A stretch of 64,000 nucleotides of DNA, taken from NCBI GenBank assembly GCA_018238155.1, contig JABCTZ010000019.1:96001-160000 (forward strand), in the 5' to 3' direction. The stretch comes from Candidatus Heimdallarchaeota archaeon (GTDB taxonomy: Archaea; Asgardarchaeota; Heimdallarchaeia; JABLTI01). The notes under the pieces were generated by a model that did no database searches, was not told the DNA's origin, and was given only the letters and a program-made list of their open reading frames with translations. Shown here piece after piece: positions 48,190 to 57,575 of this stretch (its first letter is position 1; each line of letters begins with the position of its first letter). The translations under genes and the position numbers were made by a program.

Positions 48190-50022
48190 CTAAATTTCAT
48201 TTAAATCTAATTCCTTCAATTTTTCATCTGAAGGTCTTCCTGTTTTCTGGTCATAATCTCGACATCTGTACCAATCTTTCAATTGTTTTGCAAAATCTGG
48301 GACGTTACCTTCCGTTGGTCCTTCAAGACTCTGAAGCATAACTTTTGGTAGAAACTCAACAGCAGGTGTCCATCCTAGTTTTAGATTGATTAATCGTTTC
48401 AAAGCGAACAATCTGTCACCAAATAAAAGGAGGTCATCTAATGATACTTGTTTATCAAGGGCAATTGATAATTGTTTAGCAATAAGTGTTGCAGGCGGAT
48501 TGAAGAATTGACACAAACCAACGGCATTGTAGAGTTGTCTATAGCTTTGTAATTTAGCTAATGGTTCTGCAATATTGTTATCAAAACGACTGTTAGGCAG
48601 ATCAACAACACCTATATCAGGAAAATTCATTCCTTGTTGAACCATGTAAGCATCACCATTCATATGACATGCTCCTCTTGGACTAGTAATATACATTACA
48701 GCCAAACCACTAAAAGCTCTTGGATCATGAGTTGGTGCTTCTAAACCTGCTACTTGTGGTGCTAATTCTAAATGATCATATTTTTCAGCTAGGACTTTGC
48801 TTCCTTCTGCTAAAGTATTACCAATCTCTTCTCTCAAAGCAATAAGTTTGAGTAATTCTAATAATGAATCAATATCTCCAAAGGAACAGCTAATGTTAGT
48901 TGGCAAATCTGATTTTGGGATAAACCCCTTTTCAATTAGATCAAATAGCACACCTATTGTTGCTCCTGCACTAATAGTATCCATTCCAAAATCATTTGCT
49001 AGATAGTTGGCATAAGTGATTGCTTCCAAGTCAGTAATACATAAATTAGAACCAAAAGACGCTAGAGTTTCAAATTCAGGACCATCTCTTTTCAATTTAA
49101 AACGTCCCTCTTTAATTTCAATTTCTCTGCCACAAGAAATCGGACAACGGTAGCAAGTAGATTTACCCGTTAGGATTGTCTCAAACATAGTTGTGCCTGA
49201 GATATTTGTACCATTTTCCAGTGTTCCTTTCGACCAATTCTTAACAGGCATGTCACCATACAATTCAAGAGCAATATCAACATAGCCTGCTGTACCAAAT
49301 TGACTGAAAACTTCAGTTGAATAATCAGCTCGAATAATCTCATAAGCTGCTTTAGAAATGTGGTCATACTCATCCGGCAAATCAAAATCTCTATTGGAAC
49401 CAAAAATTGCTATTGCCTTCAGATTTTTTGAACCCATAGTAGCTCCCATACCTGTTCGTCCGGCAGCTCGACCACCTGCAGTCATAATATTCGCATATTT
49501 TACTAGATTTTCACCCGCGGGACCAATACAGGCAATTTCACTACGTTTATTATTCAAAGTGGATTTTAGCTTCTCTAATGTCTCATAAGTTCCAAGACCC
49601 CAGAGATTAGTTGCATCTCGAATGGTTATCTCATCGTCATTAATCTCGAGAAAAACCGGCTGATCAGCTTTGCCTTCAATAATAAGACCGTCATATTTAG
49701 CGAATTTTAAGTAAGGACCAATTTTTCCACCTATATTCGATTCACCCCAAAAACCGGTTAAAGGGGATCTAGCACAAAATGTTGATCTAGGTGTAGAATA
49801 AGATGGCAAACCAGTAAGAACGCCAGTCATGAAGTAAAGATCGTTTTCAATTGCTAATGGATCTGAGAGTGAATCTAAATCCTTTATTTTCGACCAATAA
49901 TAGTATGCGGCTAATCCACTGCCACCAAGAAATTTTTTACCAATTTCTAAGTCAAGTTTCTTTGTTGATATCTCTTTAGATGAGAGATTCACTCTAAGAA
50001 TTCTGCCACGAAATCCAGACAT
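48190..50022 (-). CDS. aor: Tungsten-dependent aldehyde:ferredoxin oxidoreductase family protein
   Basis: ILRVNLS, GESNIGG, IGPAGE, GRTGMGATMGSKNLKA, CYRCPISC, GPEFET, GMDTIS, HDPR, RGACH, GLCQF. Confidence 0.93.
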   Translation of the reverse strand: MSGFRGRILRVNLSSKEISTKKLDLEIGKKFLGGSGLAAYYYWSKIKDLDSLSDPLAIENDLYFMTGVLTGLPSYSTPRSTFCARSPLTGFWGESNIGGKIGPYLKFAKYDGLIIEGKADQPVFLEINDDEITIRDATNLWGLGTYETLEKLKSTLNNKRSEIACIGPAGENLVKYANIMTAGGRAAGRTGMGATMGSKNLKAIAIFGSNRDFDLPDEYDHISKAAYEIIRADYSTEVFSQFGTAGYVDIALELYGDMPVKNWSKGTLENGTNISGTTMFETILTGKSTCYRCPISCGREIEIKEGRFKLKRDGPEFETLASFGSNLCITDLEAITYANYLANDFGMDTISAGATIGVLFDLIEKGFIPKSDLPTNISCSFGDIDSLLELLKLIALREEIGNTLAEGSKVLAEKYDHLELAPQVAGLEAPTHDPRAFSGLAVMYITSPRGACHMNGDAYMVQQGMNFPDIGVVDLPNSRFDNNIAEPLAKLQSYRQLYNAVGLCQFFNPPATLIAKQLSIALDKQVSLDDLLLFGDRLFALKRLINLKLGWTPAVEFLPKVMLQSLEGPTEGNVPDFAKQLKDWYRCRDYDQKTGRPSDEKLKELDLNEI

Positions 50023-50070
50023 GTGTACACCTTTGCTTGATAATATTTGCCAATGAATATTAGTAATTGA

Positions 50071-50487
50071 TTAAAGGAATTTAGTGTCGATTTTTTGTGC
50101 TGTTTTAATTAACTCTTGAGCAGCTTTGACCGAACGCAAAACCTTCATCATATTTCCAATAAGATTGAATTTCTTACTCATAATTCCTTTAATTGGATCA
50201 ATTTCTCCTTTGATTAATTTAATCCAATTGGAATAAATTCCAACATATTGGTAAGCAGTTTCAGGAAGATTGTCACCTTCATTGAAATAAGCCACACTTC
50301 TACAAACACCATGATATAAATCAATATGAAGTACAACTTTGTTACTAAAAACCTCATCAGGTTTAACTACAAAAAGAAAATCGCCTTCCCAATTTTTAGC
50401 TGCTTCTTGCCAATCCTTGCCTTCTTCACCATTAAGTTTATCCTTAAACGCTTTTATCCATTCTTCGGATGGAAAAGTAATTGCCAT
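50071..50487 (-). CDS. SCP2 sterol/lipid-binding domain protein
   Basis: FPSEEWIKAF...W.G.F...YSNWIKLIKGEIDPIKGIMSKKFNLIGNMMKVLR. Confidence 0.85.
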   Translation of the reverse strand: MAITFPSEEWIKAFKDKLNGEEGKDWQEAAKNWEGDFLFVVKPDEVFSNKVVLHIDLYHGVCRSVAYFNEGDNLPETAYQYVGIYSNWIKLIKGEIDPIKGIMSKKFNLIGNMMKVLRSVKAAQELIKTAQKIDTKFL

Positions 50488-50785
50488 TTGATATCTTATC
50501 TCCAATTTAAGTTTTGTAAATATTGACTCATCAATATTTAAATGTTCATTATGAATAGTATAGAAAAAGAAAGTCAAAGGATAATAGGCTAGATAGTTGG
50601 TTGCAACAAGCTTTTAGAAAATACGAAAATCAATTTGAGAAAGAATAATACTCAATAGAAGTTTTTAAAATCCTTAACAATTCAATTTTTGTTAGAAAGA
50701 GTTGTTTTAAGTGATGGGTGTAATTATTGTCAATCAAATATAAATTTGAGCAAGCAGGATCAGAATGAATGTTAGTAGATTGATT

Positions 50786-51829
50786 CTATTCAGATATTTT
50801 CTTCTTTTTGCTTAAGTGTTCTTTCAGGGATTTTTTTTCTAAAATAACTGTCACTACAATACCCACTGCAACAAAAGTCATGCCAATAAATGCAGACCAA
50901 TGCGGAATTTCTATGAAGAAAAGCACAGCTAATAATGTTGCACCAAACATTTCACCTAAAGCAGTAACAGTAATAACCGGTGCTCTAACAAACCCTAGAC
51001 TATAATTGTATAAAGTGTGACCTAAACAAGATGGTCCAATAGCAAGTAGCAAAAAGAGCATGAAATGTTGCCAACTAAGACCAGAAATGATTAATGGTCT
51101 TATTACAGGATTGGCAAGTATGTAAGCTAGAAGGAAAATTGTACAAATTCCATAAACAATTGTTGCATATGAGAAAATGTCTAATCTCTCTCTTTTCTTT
51201 CTCCCGATAACAAAATATATTGCTCCTGAAATTCCGCCAGCTAGTGCGAACAAATCTCCGTAAAAATTACCTAGCCCTTCTGTTAGAAGATCTGATAATC
51301 CTACAGTAATAGCTCCTATTACCGTCAGTGCAACAACAAGAGCTTGTTTCCAAGATACTTTATCTTTAAGAAAAATCACCGATAAAAGAAGAGCAAATAA
51401 AGGCATTAAATACACAATTGTAATTGAACTTGCGACATTTGTCATTTGCAAAGAAAGGTTCCAAGTAGCAAAATGAATTGCTAAAGCCAGTCCTGATAAA
51501 GTTAATAATGGCATATCTCTCTTTAACGCTACTTTTTTGAATTCTTTCAAATTTCTAGTAAAAACTGCACCCAGAAACATTCCCACGGTTGCAAAAAGCA
51601 AGCGCCAAAAAGCAATTACAGATGCATCTGCCGGAATAAGATTTTCATCTATTCTAATGATTTCTATACCCGCATATCGAATAAGTATAGAAGCAAAAGA
51701 GGTCATAACCATTGCTAAAGCTATAAGAAAGTAAACATGTTTGGGGATTTGTTTCCTCATTGCTTCTTTCTGTAATGGTTCTGATGATAACTCTCTATCT
51801 GGCTCGAGAAGTTCCTTTTGATCTAACAA
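50786..51829 (-). CDS. DMT/EamA family transporter
   Basis: About 10 TM helices, IAFWRL, LAIHFATW, GDLFAL, GHTLYNYSL. Confidence 0.92.
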   Translation of the reverse strand: MLDQKELLEPDRELSSEPLQKEAMRKQIPKHVYFLIALAMVMTSFASILIRYAGIEIIRIDENLIPADASVIAFWRLLFATVGMFLGAVFTRNLKEFKKVALKRDMPLLTLSGLALAIHFATWNLSLQMTNVASSITIVYLMPLFALLLSVIFLKDKVSWKQALVVALTVIGAITVGLSDLLTEGLGNFYGDLFALAGGISGAIYFVIGRKKRERLDIFSYATIVYGICTIFLLAYILANPVIRPLIISGLSWQHFMLFLLLAIGPSCLGHTLYNYSLGFVRAPVITVTALGEMFGATLLAVLFFIEIPHWSAFIGMTFVAVGIVVTVILEKKSLKEHLSKKKKISE

Positions 51830-51920
51830 AGTAATCTGTGAAATAGGCTCATTTACAATTAAATAACTTGTTAATATTTTAGTATTTAAAAAAAAGAATA
51901 AGAAGAAATTAAGTTTTCAC

Positions 51921-54900
51921 CTATTTCTCGGATAATTCTTTGAAAGATCCTGTCATATCTTTAACATGTTCATTAATGACTTCGGATAAATCGTTCGTTT
52001 TGTCAATTGACATGGTAGTTCTCTTAGCAAAACTGGAAATTTGTTTAAGCATTACTTCTTCTAAATCATCTACTGATTTGAGAAAAGCTTCAGCTATTTC
52101 CATATTACTTCTATTTGAAAGTTCAAACTGCTTTCGAGCAAAGAGTGTAGCTTCTCGTTTGACTTTCTGAAGCACTCGATCAAAACCATCTAATAAATCA
52201 ACAATTAATCGGTCTGTACTCAAACCAACTCTTTCACCCATTGCGTTTATCTCTACATCTAAATCTACTAAAAATCTGTTGGATTTAGTTTCGCAAGCAG
52301 TAATTGTTTTCATCGATGCTTTCTCTATTTTTTCCATATCTTTCTTCAGATTCACATTGAGATTACTCATTGTTTTTCCATAAAAAGAAAGATGGTTTCG
52401 TCCTATTTGATGTAATTCATTTTTGTATTTCTCTATATTTGCTGCTTCTCTTTCTATACGAGTGATTACTTGCTCAGTTAATTTTTGGCGGATTCGTTCA
52501 AGGTTTTCAGTATATCTCTCTTCAATGCCTAATACTGCTTGCTCACCAATAACTGTTACTCTCTCTGTTCTTCTAGAAGCTTCTGCAGTAATATTACCTA
52601 CCGTGCTAAATATTGCTCCTTCTATTCCAGCTGTTTTAGTTTCTAATTCTAAAATAGCTCTGTTAGTAATAGATGAGGTTTGTTCTCGCAAATCACTAGT
52701 TAACTTTTCACAATGCTCGAAAATAATTTCTTTTGAATTACTCAAGATTTCTTGTTGTTTTGTTAAGTCTTCTTTCAAAGATTGTGTATAACGGTCTCTA
52801 AATTCATAGGCATTTCCTATTTGTTTTTCTTGTAACGCATCGATTTTCTTATCTAAGATTTTAAGTTGCTGTCTGTGCATTTTGTTAATTTCATTATACA
52901 TATCAATGGATTCATCTTGTTGTTTTTCATTCAGTTCACCAAGTTCAATTTCTTGTTTACTGAGTTCAGCTGCAGCTTGTCTAAATATTCTGTCTGCACC
53001 AGAAGTAATATTAGATCGGATTGTTTGTGCAGTTGAATTAACGCCATTTGATAATTGGCTAATAGCTTTTTCAGTAAGGGCAGTAATAGTTGAACGAGAA
53101 GATTGCTCTTGATCTAATAATGAAGAAGCATCATTAGCAATTGTTTTTTCTACTTTTACGAAGCTTTCTTGCGTTTTAGAAATATATTTCTCTCGAGCAC
53201 GTATGAAATTATCTTTAAGTGAAATACTGTCTTTGGTAGTTCGAGAACTTTGACGATTAAGCATGTTATCAATAGATTTGCTTAATTCCTTTCTAGTACG
53301 TTTGAAAGCTTCAATATCGTTAGAAAAGAATCGATTAAGATTATTGTCAGTCCTCTTATAGAATTGTTTATACTCCGTGCCGAGTTCTACTAGTAATTTA
53401 GAAACTGGAAACTTTGTTTCGTCAATTAATCTATCTTGTTCTTTCTTAAAGGTTACAAGTCTGTTGTTAATTGATAAACTATCTTTCTTGAGAGTATTGG
53501 CAATTTCTTGAAGAGAGCGCCTTGTACTAGCACCTGTTTCAGCACCAAAATGTCTGAAATTTTTAGAAATTTGAGTGTAGGAATCGCGAATAAGTATTAT
53601 TAATTCCTCTTTTGAAACTTGATTGTTGTTTTTTATTTGATCTACTAGCTTGTCCATTTTATTCTCTAATGCTTCGAGGTTTTTGTCAACATTTGAATCA
53701 ATTCTATCTTGAATTGTTTTAGTGCTTTCACCTCTCCATCGTTCAAGTTTTTTAGTTAAGGAGGAAACTTCTTTTGAAGTATCCCTTAATTCTTTCTGAT
53801 GTTTAGTTGAAAATTCTTTGTAAAGTGATTGGAAAGATCTATCTTGTTCTACTAACTTCTTTTCTAAATTATCGAAATTTGATGAAAAACCCTTATCAAT
53901 TCGCTCTTTTAAGCGCTTGAGGTCCTTCTCAAAATTTTCTTCTTTCTTTTTAGAATCATTTTTGAATTGCTTGCTGATATCCTGCAATTCTACTTGCAAT
54001 CGTCGGTCGAATCTAGTTAGAAAAGTAGTTTCATCTTTTATAATACGTTCATTTAATTTTTCAAGGTTTATCATGAGTTCCTTTACAGGTTCAGTTAAGG
54101 TCATATTGATAAAATTGACCAGGTTTTGTACACTTGTACCGTTATTATCTACTGTATTTAGAAAGTCAGCTTCAAGTTTTGCGATAATATCACTAAGATC
54201 CATTTGATATTCTGCAACAGCTCCATTTAGAATGATGAGGAATTGTTCTATCATTTCGTTAAGAACATCTCGAGACCGCTCTGAAGTATTATGAATAAAT
54301 TTGTTCTTTTCATTAGTTATTTTTTCAATAGAATTAACAAATTTATCTTCAATAGCATTCATCTCATCGTTTGCAGAAGAAGTGTTTTTGAGAGATTGTT
54401 CAATTAAAATCTCTATTTTATTATCAAAATCATTTGCTAGCTCTTCCGCAGCTTTGCTAAAAATCGAAAAGTGATTTTCCATTAAACCGGAAAGTGATTG
54501 TTTCTGTTGTTCTATAACCACCTTTTGTTCATCCAAACTTGCAATAGTAATTTTAGAAAAACGCGGTTGGATGGAATCAACTGTAGTCACCAGTGGCCGT
54601 TTTTGTTCTGTTAATACACGAACCATTTCTGTTTGGAAGTTTAGCGATGATTCTTCAATTGCTTCTGTTAAAGAGCTAATTGCTTCATCAATTTGTTCGT
54701 TAATTGGTCGAGTAACTTTCTCTAAATCATCTATACCAGAATCGAGTACGGTAAAAATAATATCCTCAAATTCATCCTTAGATGTATTGAAAGCTTCTAA
54801 GACTTCATCGAAGGCAGAATTGGCTTTAGTTTCAAAATCAATAATATCACTTACTCGTGCATCAACAGTAGCTTCAAGTTGCTTCTCTGCTCTAGCATAA

Positions 54901-55511
54901 GTAGCAATTAACGTTTTAGAGAAATTTTGCGCTAAAGGGATTAATCCTCGCTTAATATTATCCGTTGTTTCCTTTGTTCGGATTGAAGATTCTTCAAGAA
55001 ATTCATTAGATGTCTTTGTTATTCGGTTTAAATCTTTCAAATCCATTTCAATGGATGCAAGGATTCCACTGAAAGAAGCATCCATAGCCATTTCGAGGTC
55101 CTTAATATCTTCCTCGGAACGTTCAGTTCGTTTCTCACGTTCATCTGTACTGGCTTCTCTTACATTCTTTATTGCTCCCTCTGTGAAATTATGAACAACT
55201 TCTGTAGTAGCTTCCAATTCACTCTTGCGTGCTTCAAGAGAACGAGTTAAAGTACTCAAAACATTGATGAATTTCATAACAGGGAATACAGCAATATAGC
55301 GACGATCATCATCATTTCCCACAGGGACAGTGAACCCTCGTTCATGCATAGCCTCTAAAATCGCGTTAATTCTTCCCTTAGAAACTCTACTTCGTTTTGA
55401 GATTTCCATAGGGGTTAATGCACCATCATTTACCAAAGCTTGGAAAACTCGTTTCTCATTTGCAGATAAACGAGGTAGTAAACCGAGAGCCTTTGCTTCT
55501 TTTTTAGACAT
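51921..55511 (-). CDS. TrmB-type HTH fused to ~1100-aa all-helical/coiled-coil region
   Basis: LSANEKRVFQALV..GALTPMEISKRSRVSKGRINAILEAM..RGF...YIAVFP, then amphipathic helices with few Pro/Gly and no ATPase motif. Confidence 0.8.
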   Translation of the reverse strand: MSKKEAKALGLLPRLSANEKRVFQALVNDGALTPMEISKRSRVSKGRINAILEAMHERGFTVPVGNDDDRRYIAVFPVMKFINVLSTLTRSLEARKSELEATTEVVHNFTEGAIKNVREASTDEREKRTERSEEDIKDLEMAMDASFSGILASIEMDLKDLNRITKTSNEFLEESSIRTKETTDNIKRGLIPLAQNFSKTLIATYARAEKQLEATVDARVSDIIDFETKANSAFDEVLEAFNTSKDEFEDIIFTVLDSGIDDLEKVTRPINEQIDEAISSLTEAIEESSLNFQTEMVRVLTEQKRPLVTTVDSIQPRFSKITIASLDEQKVVIEQQKQSLSGLMENHFSIFSKAAEELANDFDNKIEILIEQSLKNTSSANDEMNAIEDKFVNSIEKITNEKNKFIHNTSERSRDVLNEMIEQFLIILNGAVAEYQMDLSDIIAKLEADFLNTVDNNGTSVQNLVNFINMTLTEPVKELMINLEKLNERIIKDETTFLTRFDRRLQVELQDISKQFKNDSKKKEENFEKDLKRLKERIDKGFSSNFDNLEKKLVEQDRSFQSLYKEFSTKHQKELRDTSKEVSSLTKKLERWRGESTKTIQDRIDSNVDKNLEALENKMDKLVDQIKNNNQVSKEELIILIRDSYTQISKNFRHFGAETGASTRRSLQEIANTLKKDSLSINNRLVTFKKEQDRLIDETKFPVSKLLVELGTEYKQFYKRTDNNLNRFFSNDIEAFKRTRKELSKSIDNMLNRQSSRTTKDSISLKDNFIRAREKYISKTQESFVKVEKTIANDASSLLDQEQSSRSTITALTEKAISQLSNGVNSTAQTIRSNITSGADRIFRQAAAELSKQEIELGELNEKQQDESIDMYNEINKMHRQQLKILDKKIDALQEKQIGNAYEFRDRYTQSLKEDLTKQQEILSNSKEIIFEHCEKLTSDLREQTSSITNRAILELETKTAGIEGAIFSTVGNITAEASRRTERVTVIGEQAVLGIEERYTENLERIRQKLTEQVITRIEREAANIEKYKNELHQIGRNHLSFYGKTMSNLNVNLKKDMEKIEKASMKTITACETKSNRFLVDLDVEINAMGERVGLSTDRLIVDLLDGFDRVLQKVKREATLFARKQFELSNRSNMEIAEAFLKSVDDLEEVMLKQISSFAKRTTMSIDKTNDLSEVINEHVKDMTGSFKELSEK

Positions 55512-55700
55512 CTTCTTTCACCATTCCAATGTTTCATTTAAAGATGAAACACAGTAATTTCTAACCGAATATTTGATATTAATAGTAGATAAATGACGGG
55601 CACTGCTTAAATGATTTATGTCCTTGCTATACATTGGATAAAGCTGTCAAAAGAAAAAATTCAAAAGAGAGAAGATTTGAAGTCATACTATATTCCATTT

Positions 55701-55811
55701 GGGCCGGTAGATCAACCTGGTAGATCGTCTGATTCGCAATTGACTAAAAGGTTGCAAACCTTTCAACAAAAATTCAGAAGGCTACGGATTCAAATTCCGT
55801 CCGGTCCACCA
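55701..55811 (+). tRNA. tRNA-Ala(CGC) with 34-nt intron at 37/38 (55739-55772), CCA encoded
   Basis: GGGCCGG/CCGGTCC with G3:U70, TCTGA-TT-CGC-A^T-TCAGA anticodon arm, ACGGA-TTCAAAT-TCCGT T-arm. Confidence 0.93.
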
Positions 55812-55880
55812 TTTATTCTCTTCTTTCTCTCTCAATTACATGTTTGAACAATTTTCTTCTTCTTGTAAATCAATGGATAA

Positions 55881-57575
55881 TTAGTCCTTAACATCCTTCT
55901 TACTAAGGTATTGTTCTTTCAATTTATTGCAGAACTCTGTTGTTGCTATCATATCCTTGCCAATCTTATTATCCTCAATTTCAAGAATTCTACTATTTGG
56001 TATTACTGAGAGTAAATCGTGTGTCACCGCAAGAACTGAAGCATTAGTACCCATAACATACTCTACAAAAAGGCTAATTATTTTGCGTTTATTTAATTCA
56101 TCCAAGTTGGCTGTAGGTTCATCTATAAGCATTATTCTCGGTGATAGTACTAATCCCAGAAGCATTGTTGCCCTTTTCTTTTCTCCTTGTGAATAGTTTT
56201 CTACTAACTGATTTTTAATATCATCCAACGAGAGATATTGCAATAAATGATTTGTATCATAAAAACTCTGTTTACTTTTTTTATTAACTGTAAAATAATT
56301 TATATTTTCAATTAAGGTCATAGAGGGATAGAGATTGATATATTGTGAGGAGTAGTAGACTGAGTGGGATCGCAGTTTATCAATTGCTGTAAAATTAGAT
56401 GAGAGGATTTCTTCACCTAGAATTCTTATTGAACCGATAAAATCCCTATCAATCCCTGATACAAGGTTCAGTAATGTTGTTTTTCCTGTGCCTGATGGAC
56501 CAATTAGAAACACTAATTCACCAGGATAAATTTGTAGATTTAAGTTTTGTAAGATAAGTTCTTTTCTGGGTGAATAATAGAATTTTGTCAAATCTGTACA
56601 TTCTAAAATACTTGTCTCTTTTTTGTCTCGTTTTCTTGGTTGATATTGTGGGATTTTCACATGTTGGGAAATTTCTTTTCCGGCAAAGCTTTCTGGTGAT
56701 TCGGGGTTCTCAAGATAGATTTTCTTTGATTCGTGATTTACAATAAATTTGACTTTCTTGTTTAATGATAGAAGTTCTTTGATTTGGTTTGGTAGGAATA
56801 AGTAAGAATAGCTATCAATATGCGAAACAAAAGTCTCAGAAGCAACAGGTTTATCCTTATCTTCACTTTCCTCTGGAAAATTTTCCTGAGTATAAATAGC
56901 TCCTAATCTACCGTTGAAAATAAGAAAAGATTCAGAGACCACAGAAAAGTAGTTAGGATCATGACTAACAACAACAATGGTTGTTTTTTCCTCTTGATTT
57001 ATTTTTTTAAGTAGATCCAAAATGATTTTTGTGTTCTTTTTATCAAGTTGACCTGTAGGTTCATCAGCTAATAGTATTGATGGAGAGTTGGTGAGGGAAA
57101 TTGCTAAACTAACTCGCATACTTTCTCCCATTGAAAGCAGTTTTGCCTTTCTAAGAGCGAGATGTTTGATCTCCATTTGCTCTAGTATTTCATCAACTTG
57201 TTTTTTTGATTCTTCTAAGCTCTTACCTAAAAGCCTAGTTGGTACCATTAAATTCCGTTCAACAGTAAGCTCTGGAAAGAGATTATAATGTGGTATTTGA
57301 TTAAGGAATCCAATATTCTGCAAACGGAAATCATATAATTCTTTCTTTGACATTAAATCAACGTCATGCGATAAAACATTCACTTTACCACTAGTTGGTT
57401 GTTCTAAACCACTGATTATTCTCATGAGAGTAGATTTCCCAGCACCACTGGGACCAATTATTGAAACAAAACTACCACTCTTGATATCTAAATCACAACC
57501 ACCTAAAGCTACAATGGAACGACCTAGTTCAGGCTTAGGATAGATTTTTGTTATTGCCTCAAGATTAATCATCAT
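55881..57575 (-). CDS. Tandem ABC ATPase (LolD/MacB-like x2) with AbrB-like linker
   Basis: GPSGAGKST/LSMGE/ILLADEPT/SHD and GPSGTGKTT/YSQGE/MLIDEPT/THD. Confidence 0.9.
   Translation of the reverse strand: MMINLEAITKIYPKPELGRSIVALGGCDLDIKSGSFVSIIGPSGAGKSTLMRIISGLEQPTSGKVNVLSHDVDLMSKKELYDFRLQNIGFLNQIPHYNLFPELTVERNLMVPTRLLGKSLEESKKQVDEILEQMEIKHLALRKAKLLSMGESMRVSLAISLTNSPSILLADEPTGQLDKKNTKIILDLLKKINQEEKTTIVVVSHDPNYFSVVSESFLIFNGRLGAIYTQENFPEESEDKDKPVASETFVSHIDSYSYLFLPNQIKELLSLNKKVKFIVNHESKKIYLENPESPESFAGKEISQHVKIPQYQPRKRDKKETSILECTDLTKFYYSPRKELILQNLNLQIYPGELVFLIGPSGTGKTTLLNLVSGIDRDFIGSIRILGEEILSSNFTAIDKLRSHSVYYSSQYINLYPSMTLIENINYFTVNKKSKQSFYDTNHLLQYLSLDDIKNQLVENYSQGEKKRATMLLGLVLSPRIMLIDEPTANLDELNKRKIISLFVEYVMGTNASVLAVTHDLLSVIPNSRILEIEDNKIGKDMIATTEFCNKLKEQYLSKKDVKD

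Noticed and set aside
51921-55511. Second SMC/Rad50 or a methyl-accepting chemotaxis protein
   Set aside because: No Walker A/B, signature motif, hinge or MCP hairpin consensus.
55611-55847. 78-aa ORF
   Set aside because: It overlaps the tRNA-Ala gene entirely and is spurious.
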